Assembly: GCA_017432665.1 (NCBI GenBank)
Contig: JAFRIS010000019.1
Location: forward strand, 1-51,736
Direction of reading: 5' to 3'
Length of the DNA: 51,736 nt
Source: Bacilli bacterium
Lineage (GTDB): Bacteria > Bacillota_I > Bacilli_A > RF39 > UBA660
Shown piece by piece: positions 46,510 to 51,736 of this stretch. Under the pieces are notes generated by a model. That model made no database searches. It saw nothing but the letters and a program-made list of their open reading frames with translations, and was not told the DNA's origin. Each line of letters starts with the position of its first letter. Position 1 is the first letter of the stretch. A program made the position numbers and the translations under genes.

Positions 46510-46854
46510 CTAGTTTCCTTTCTTATTCTTTGGCATTAATTCTAGAAAATCTTCAGTTAATTCAGAAAAATTTCTAGTTACTGCCTCTTTCCTTAATATT
46601 ATAATATAATCTTTATTATTAAGATACTCTTTTTTATAATTATCAATAATAGATCTTAGTTTTCTTTTGTATTTATTTCTAAATACTGCATTTCCTAATT
46701 TTTTAGAAACAGAAATACCAAATCTATCATAAGGTAGATTATTATCCTTATAATGTACTACAAAATACTTGTTTTTAAGACTTTTTCCAGTTTTGATAAT
46801 GTCATCAAAATCCCTAGTTGTCCTTACAATATATAACTTTCTAATAATAATCAC
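46510..46854 (-). CDS. rnpA: Ribonuclease P protein component
   Basis: A 114-aa basic protein between rpmH and yidC, containing FGISVSKKLGNAVFRNKYKRKLR. The exact start is uncertain (GTG at 46854). Confidence 0.88.
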   Translation of the reverse strand: MIIIRKLYIVRTTRDFDDIIKTGKSLKNKYFVVHYKDNNLPYDRFGISVSKKLGNAVFRNKYKRKLRSIIDNYKKEYLNNKDYIIILRKEAVTRNFSELTEDFLELMPKNKKGN

Positions 46855-46893
46855 CCCTACCAGAGTAAAAAACCACTGTTTAGCAGCGGTATT

Positions 46894-47016
46894 TTATTTA
46901 CATAGTACTTTGCGTCCTTTACGACGACGACGATTCAAAATATTTGTTTTTTTACGTGCAAAAAAACCAAGTTTCTTAGATTTTTTACGGTTATTTGGTT
47001 GATATGTTCTTTTCAT
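46894..47016 (-). CDS. rpmH: 50S ribosomal protein L34
   Basis: Below the ORF-track size cutoff. Reverse translation from ATG 47016 gives [40 protein letters not shown], behind a GGAGGTGGAAGG SD. Confidence 0.93.
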   Translation of the reverse strand: MKRTYQPNNRKKSKKLGFFARKKTNILNRRRRKGRKVLCK

Positions 47017-47144
47017 GCCTTCCACCTCCAAACATAAATCTACATTATTATAATAATAGAATTGTTATTTTGTCAATTAAAAGTTTGTTTTCAACAAATT
47101 CACAGGTCTGTTAATAATAGTTTTTAACCTTGTTAACAAAAATT

Positions 47145-47227
47145 TGTGGAAAATGTGGAAAACTTCTTTCTTTATTGTATTTATTAAACATTTTTTGTGT
47201 ATAATATTGTGAAAAGCTTGTGGAGTA
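47145..47227. promoter_or_regulatory. oriC left half: DnaA-box cluster upstream of dnaA
   Basis: Compared with TGTGGATAA: two abutting TGTGGAAAA boxes (47145-47153 and 47154-47162, 8/9 each), TGTGTATAA (47196-47204, 8/9) and TGTGGAGTA (47219-47227, 7/9). Confidence 0.8.
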
Positions 47228-47312
47228 TTTTTTTTGTTAAAAAACCATTTATTTTTTTAGTCAATTAATGTAGAATAAGAATTGTCAATGATTCTTGTGG
47301 GGAGATGGTCGA

Positions 47313-48686
47313 ATGAATGTAGAAATTTTATGGTCTAATTTACTTGAACAATTAAAATCAGAACTAACATCTCTCTCTTATGATACTTGGTTTTCTGAGA
47401 CGAAACTACATAAGCTAGATAATGGTAAAGCTTATATTATTGTACCAATGAATATTCATAAGAAACACTTATCATTAAATTATTCTGATATTATAAAAGA
47501 AAATCTTTTTAAACTAACAGATTCTGATTATGATCTTATATTTTTACTAAGTGATGAGATAGAAGATGAAAATGAAAAAATAGAAGAAAAAAAGACTACT
47601 AACGAAACAATAAAACATGAAAATATCAATAGTAATTTGAACAAAAACTATACATTTGATAATTTTATAGTCGGAAACAGTAATAAATTTGCCCAAGCTT
47701 CTGCATTAAGTGTTGCTGAAAATCCTGGTTTACTATACAATCCTTTATTTTTATATGGAAATAGTGGATTAGGTAAGACCCATTTGATGCATGCGATAGG
47801 TAATTATATTACTGAACACAGTAATAAAAGAGTTTTATACGTCACAAGTGAACAATTTAGACAAGATTTTGTTAATACTAATAGAAAAGATGGAGATGGA
47901 ACTAATTTCAATTATATGGACTTCTTTAAAGATAAATATAGAAATATAGATGTTCTATTAATTGATGATATTCAATTTTTGGGAGGTGCTTCTAAATCTC
48001 AGGAAGAATTTTTCCACACTTTTAATAACTTGCATAATGATAAAAAACAAATTATTATATCTTCTGATAGATCTCCAGATGATTTAAAAATATTGGAAGA
48101 TAGGCTTACAACTAGATTTACTTGGGGATTACAAGCAAATATTTATCCCCCAGAATTAGCATTAAGAAAAGAAATATTGAAGAAAAAGATTATAGCAAAT
48201 GACTTTGAACACGATATTCCTGATGATGTAATAGAGTATATGGCTAATAATATAGGACCAGATGTTAGAAAATTAGAAGGAGCAGTAACAAGATTAGTTG
48301 CTTATTCCACAATAATGGGTGGAGAAAACATTACATTAGATTTAGCTATTGAAGCATTAAAAGATAATATAAGTAAAGGAATAGGGGAGAAGAATGATAT
48401 TCAAAGAATTCAAAGAATTGTTGCTGAATATTTCCAAATAACAATAGAAGATATGAGAAGTAAAAAAAGAAGTGCTAATATAGCTTTTCCAAGACAAATA
48501 GCTATGTATCTCTGCAGAAATATGACTAATGAATCTTTTCCTAAGATAGCAATTGAATTTGGTGGTAAAGATCATACTACTGTGATGTATTCAGTAGAAA
48601 AGATAGAAAATGAGATAAAAGTTAATAAAGATTTAGCAAATATCATAGAAAAACTAAAAAAAGATATAGGTGGTGTGTATAATTAG
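47313..48686 (+). CDS. dnaA: Chromosomal replication initiator DnaA
   Basis: YGNSGLGKTHLMHAIGN (Walker A), LLIDDIQFL, and domain IV containing GGKDHTTVMYSVEKI. The start is set at ATG 47313 behind GGGGAGATGG. Confidence 0.95.
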   Translation: MNVEILWSNLLEQLKSELTSLSYDTWFSETKLHKLDNGKAYIIVPMNIHKKHLSLNYSDIIKENLFKLTDSDYDLIFLLSDEIEDENEKIEEKKTTNETIKHENINSNLNKNYTFDNFIVGNSNKFAQASALSVAENPGLLYNPLFLYGNSGLGKTHLMHAIGNYITEHSNKRVLYVTSEQFRQDFVNTNRKDGDGTNFNYMDFFKDKYRNIDVLLIDDIQFLGGASKSQEEFFHTFNNLHNDKKQIIISSDRSPDDLKILEDRLTTRFTWGLQANIYPPELALRKEILKKKIIANDFEHDIPDDVIEYMANNIGPDVRKLEGAVTRLVAYSTIMGGENITLDLAIEALKDNISKGIGEKNDIQRIQRIVAEYFQITIEDMRSKKRSANIAFPRQIAMYLCRNMTNESFPKIAIEFGGKDHTTVMYSVEKIENEIKVNKDLANIIEKLKKDIGGVYN

Positions 48687-48809
48687 AAAAATATCAACAA
48701 ATTATCCACAACTTATAGTTAATAAAATCATTATAAAATAAAGGAATAAGTTGGTTTTTAACTTTTTCCACCGCAATAATAGAAATATATTAAGAAAGAA
48801 GGAATAAAT
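48687..48809. promoter_or_regulatory. oriC right half: DnaA box plus AT-rich candidate unwinding region
   Basis: A perfect TTATCCACA lies at 48702-48710 and TTTTCCACC (7/9) at 48764-48772, within a very AT-rich dnaA-dnaN spacer. Confidence 0.75.
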
Positions 48810-49937
48810 ATGAAATTTACAATTAAAAAGGAATTATTATTAGATGCTTTATTAAAAGTTTCAAAAGCTATTTCAACTAAAAACTTAATACCTGTATTAG
48901 CTGGAATAAAATTCGAATTAAAAAAGAAAAAATTAACATTAACTGCTAGTGATAATGATATTACTATTCAAACTATTATAGAATCTACTGATGAAGAAGA
49001 TTTTAAGATAGAAAATGAAGGAAGTATTATTATTCAAGGTAGATATATATTAGATATAGTAAGAAAATTGCCATCTGAATATATTAATATTGAAGTAATA
49101 GATGATCTTAAAATATTAGTATACACAGAAAACAGTGAATTTAATTTAAATGGTATAAGTGATAGTGAATATCCTAATATTAGTTTAGAAGAGAGTAAAA
49201 AGAAGGTTGAGATGTCTGCTGCTACATTAAAAACAATTGTTGCACAAACAGCTTTTGCTTCATCAAATGAAGAAAGTAAGCCGGTTTTAACAGGTATTAA
49301 TTTCAATGTAGTAGGTAATATTCTAGAATGTAATTCCACAGATTCTTATCGTTTAGCTAGAAAAGTAGTTAAATTAGGTAAGAATAGTGATGAGAATTAT
49401 AATATTGTAATACCTAGTCATAATTTAATAGAGTTTACTAAGATATTGAATAATGATGATGAAAACGTTGAATTACATATCTTTAGTAATAAAATATTAT
49501 TTAAGACAGGTAATTTAAAGTTTGAATCTAGACTTATTAATGGAACTTATCCAAATACTTCTAACTTATTACCTAATGATTCTTTATTAGTAGTAAGTAC
49601 TAATTTAAATGATTTATATAATGTCATTGATCGTGTAAGTATCTTAACTAGTGATAAAGAGAAGAATATTGTTACTCTTGAAACAGAAGGAAATACTTTA
49701 ATTTTAAAGAGTAGTTCTATGGAAATAGGTAGAGTAGAAGAAAAAATGTTAATTTCTAAGAATAATGATGAGAATATTAAAATTTCCTTTAGTTCTAAAT
49801 ATATGATGGAAGCTTTAAAGAGTTTTCAAACTGAAAATATTGAATTACATTTTGTAGGAGAAATAAAACCAATATTAATTAAATCTGAAGATGATGAAAC
49901 TTTAACACAATTAGTTTTACCAATAAGAACATATTAA
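48810..49937 (+). CDS. dnaN: DNA polymerase III beta sliding clamp
   Basis: 375 aa starting MKFTIKKELLLDALLKVSKAISTKNLIPVLAGIKFEL and ending LVLPIRTY. Confidence 0.95.
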   Translation: MKFTIKKELLLDALLKVSKAISTKNLIPVLAGIKFELKKKKLTLTASDNDITIQTIIESTDEEDFKIENEGSIIIQGRYILDIVRKLPSEYINIEVIDDLKILVYTENSEFNLNGISDSEYPNISLEESKKKVEMSAATLKTIVAQTAFASSNEESKPVLTGINFNVVGNILECNSTDSYRLARKVVKLGKNSDENYNIVIPSHNLIEFTKILNNDDENVELHIFSNKILFKTGNLKFESRLINGTYPNTSNLLPNDSLLVVSTNLNDLYNVIDRVSILTSDKEKNIVTLETEGNTLILKSSSMEIGRVEEKMLISKNNDENIKISFSSKYMMEALKSFQTENIELHFVGEIKPILIKSEDDETLTQLVLPIRTY

Positions 49938-49958
49938 GAGGATTATCCTCTTTTTTTG
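49936..49958 (+). terminator. Intrinsic terminator after dnaN
   Basis: AGAGG-ATTAT-CCTCT followed by 7 T. A TGTGGAAAA DnaA-box-like 9-mer follows at 49957-49965. Confidence 0.65.
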
Positions 49959-49969
49959 TGGAAAAAATA

Positions 49970-49999
49970 AAATTCGACAAATTTCGACATTTTTCGACC
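49970..49999 (+). repeat. Three direct 10-bp repeats with a TTCGAC(A/C) core
   Basis: AAATTCGACA, AATTTCGACA and TTTTTCGACC, with cores at 49973, 49983 and 49993. The period is exactly 10 bp, and the repeats lie 56-85 nt upstream of the comK ATG. Confidence 0.8.
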
Positions 50000-50054
50000 T
50001 TTTATTATGATATTGTTATTTTGAAAACGGAAAGTTTTCATGAAGGGGGATATT

Positions 50055-50501
50055 ATGAAATATGAAATTAATAGAGGTACTCTAGCTATAGTACCTCAAG
50101 AAGATGAAAGAAGTTTGGTATATGAAGATAATGAAAGTTATGTAGTAGATCAAAAACCATTTAGTATTATGGAAGAAAGTTGTAAATACTTTGGTAGTAC
50201 TTATGAAGGTAGAAAGAATGGTGCTAGAAATATACTTGGTGCTGAATATAAAGTACCTATAGTTATTGAAGATAGTAATAATTTAATTGTTTTTCCTACT
50301 ACATCACCACAATCAGAAGATTGTGTATGGATATCTTTAAAAAGAGTAAAAAGAATAGAAAAAATGGATTATAATAATACTAAAGTTATATTTGATAATG
50401 ATAAAGAAATTATAGTTAATTGTTCATATTACACAATAGAAAATCAATTATCCAGAGCTTCTAGATTAGATATTATCTTAAGAAATCATAAAAATAGTTG
50501 A
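50055..50501 (+). CDS. comK: Competence transcription factor ComK family
   Basis: NRGTLAIVPQED, KPFSIMEESCKYFGSTYEGRKNGA, VPIVIEDSNNLIVFPTTSP and CVWISL parallel B. subtilis ComK (VNGATIAVLPEE, KPLQIVDRSCRFFGSSYAGRKAGT, PPIMVDPSNQIFLFPTLSS, CGWISH). The start is set at ATG 50055 behind AAGGGGGA. Confidence 0.8.
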   Translation: MKYEINRGTLAIVPQEDERSLVYEDNESYVVDQKPFSIMEESCKYFGSTYEGRKNGARNILGAEYKVPIVIEDSNNLIVFPTTSPQSEDCVWISLKRVKRIEKMDYNNTKVIFDNDKEIIVNCSYYTIENQLSRASRLDIILRNHKNS

Positions 50502-50614
50502 AAAACTATTTTTTTGTGCATTTTTACGCTATATATGGTATAATATATATGTAGGTGTATAGGAATACTTAATTAGGGGAAAGGTGATTATATGGGGCTT
50601 TTAAAGGTGAATAA

Positions 50615-51727
50615 ATGAAAATTAGTAAAATAAACCTAGTAAATTTTAGAAATTATTCTAATACTTCCATCAGTTTAGGAAATAAGATGAATATTTTTGT
50701 TGGAAACAATGCCCAAGGAAAGACTAATATTTTAGAAGGAATTACTATTTTAGCACTTACTAAATCCCATAGAATAGGGGTAAATCCTAATATTATTATG
50801 TTTAATAAGAAAAAATGTAAACTTAGTGGTACTGTTAAAAAAAATAAGATTATTTCTAATTTAGAAATAGAAATAACAGAAGATAGTAAAAAATTAAAAG
50901 TAAATAAAAAGAGTATTAATAAAGTAATAGATTATATTTCTTATTTAAATGTAATAATTTTCACACCTGATGACTTAGAGATAGTTAAAGGATCTCCAAG
51001 TGTAAGAAGAAACTTATTAAATATAGAGTTATCTCAAATATCAAAACAATATATTAAATATTACAATGAGTACAACAAACTGTTAAAAACACGTAATGAA
51101 TATTTAAAAGTATTATTCAATAATAATATAGCTGATGAAAACTATCTTGATATTATTACTGATAAATTAATAGAAAAGGCTGTATTTATTTATCAAAAAA
51201 GAAAGGAATACCTTGATTTAGTTAATCAAAATATTGATAAATATTATAATTTTATATCAGGAGATTCTGGTTTAAAAGTAAAATATATTCCTAATATTGA
51301 AATAATTAATTATGATTCTGAAAGTATTAGAAAAAAATTAAAATATACTTTTAAAAAGAATTATTTAAAAGAATTAAATTATGGTATGACTATATATGGT
51401 CCTCATAGAGATGATTTTATTTTTGAATATGATAATCATGATTTAAAATATTTTGGATCTCAAGGACAACAAAAATTAGCTGTTTTATCTTTTAAAATAT
51501 CTGAAATACCTATATTTGAAGAGATATGTGAAACAGAACCTGTTTTATTATTAGATGATATATTTAGTGAATTGGATATTAAAAAGAGAAATAAGTTATT
51601 AGAAATAGTTAATAAAGATGATATACAAAGTATTATCACAACAACAGATTTAAAAAATATAAACAAGAAGTATTTAGAAGATGCATTTATCTACAAAGTA
51701 GAAAATGGTCTTGTAGAAAGAAAGTAG
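50615..51727 (+). CDS. recF: DNA replication and repair protein RecF
   Basis: MKISKINLVNFRNY, Walker A GNNAQGKTNILEGI, signature-like SQGQQKLAVLS, and LLLDDIFSELD. Confidence 0.93.
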   Translation: MKISKINLVNFRNYSNTSISLGNKMNIFVGNNAQGKTNILEGITILALTKSHRIGVNPNIIMFNKKKCKLSGTVKKNKIISNLEIEITEDSKKLKVNKKSINKVIDYISYLNVIIFTPDDLEIVKGSPSVRRNLLNIELSQISKQYIKYYNEYNKLLKTRNEYLKVLFNNNIADENYLDIITDKLIEKAVFIYQKRKEYLDLVNQNIDKYYNFISGDSGLKVKYIPNIEIINYDSESIRKKLKYTFKKNYLKELNYGMTIYGPHRDDFIFEYDNHDLKYFGSQGQQKLAVLSFKISEIPIFEEICETEPVLLLDDIFSELDIKKRNKLLEIVNKDDIQSIITTTDLKNINKKYLEDAFIYKVENGLVERK

Positions 51728-51736
51728 GTTGAAAGA

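Noticed and set aside
46938-46962. A T7-ACGTGC-A7 inverted repeat inside rpmH.
   Set aside because: It falls within the conserved L34 coding sequence (FFARKK) and is a consequence of Lys and Phe codons in AT-rich DNA. The A/T-only arms would be unstable.
1-51736. Possibility of an alternative genetic code (UGA = Trp, mollicute-like), given the very low GC content and the reduced-looking synteny.
   Set aside because: Conserved proteins are full length with standard stops, and Trp positions are encoded by TGG, for example in dnaA and the M23 peptidase. No in-frame TGA is needed to restore any conserved gene.
1-51736. CRISPR arrays, rRNA or tRNA genes, IS elements, prophage or integrative-element borders.
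   Set aside because: Scanning intergenic regions on both strands showed only promoters, terminator hairpins, the oriC boxes and the short TTCGAC repeats. No gap is long enough or has the composition to hold an rRNA, tRNA or repeat-spacer array.

Overview
This window is the replication-origin region of a very AT-rich, low-GC Bacillota chromosome, Bacillus-like in synteny and possibly Erysipelotrichia-like. The standard genetic code is in use: Trp is TGG and conserved proteins end at the expected stops. A bipartite oriC flanks dnaA at about 47.1-48.8 kb. To its right, dnaA-dnaN-comK-recF lie on the + strand. To its left, almost everything is on the - strand, co-directional with the leftward fork. 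In order these are rpmH-rnpA-yidC-jag, mnmE-mnmG-rsmG, noc-soj-spo0J, mscS-DUF951-abgT, ychF, rpsF-ssb-rpsR, DHH-rplI-dnaB, an M23 peptidase, yycJ, rlmH, HAD, ung, DUF1934-argS, rpoE, prfA-prmC, fba, murA, rpmE, rpiB, ywzB-like, mreB, tagO, hpf and secA (cut by the window edge). By eye I found no rRNA, tRNA, CRISPR array, IS element, integrase or phage gene. Several ORF-track starts are alternative-codon N-terminal extensions, and I trimmed them to the start that has a Shine-Dalgarno sequence. Several units break the Bacillus-type synteny, and most carry their own promoter and terminator. (1) A 1018-aa gene has a type IV prepilin signal, repeat modules and a 115-aa tail containing 20 cysteines. 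(2) A 331-aa secreted beta-rich protein sits in the yybS slot. (3) A TM-less VirD4/TraG-like ATPase is paired divergently with a mini AraC regulator. (4) A 534-aa + 98-aa cassette of unknown function lies between rsmG and noc. (5) An orphan single-TM AgrC-type histidine kinase sits between tagO and hpf. (6) comK replaces yaaA between dnaN and recF, behind three helically phased TTCGAC repeats. The giant Cys-tailed pilin-like gene and the rsmG|noc cassette are my best candidates for undescribed biology.
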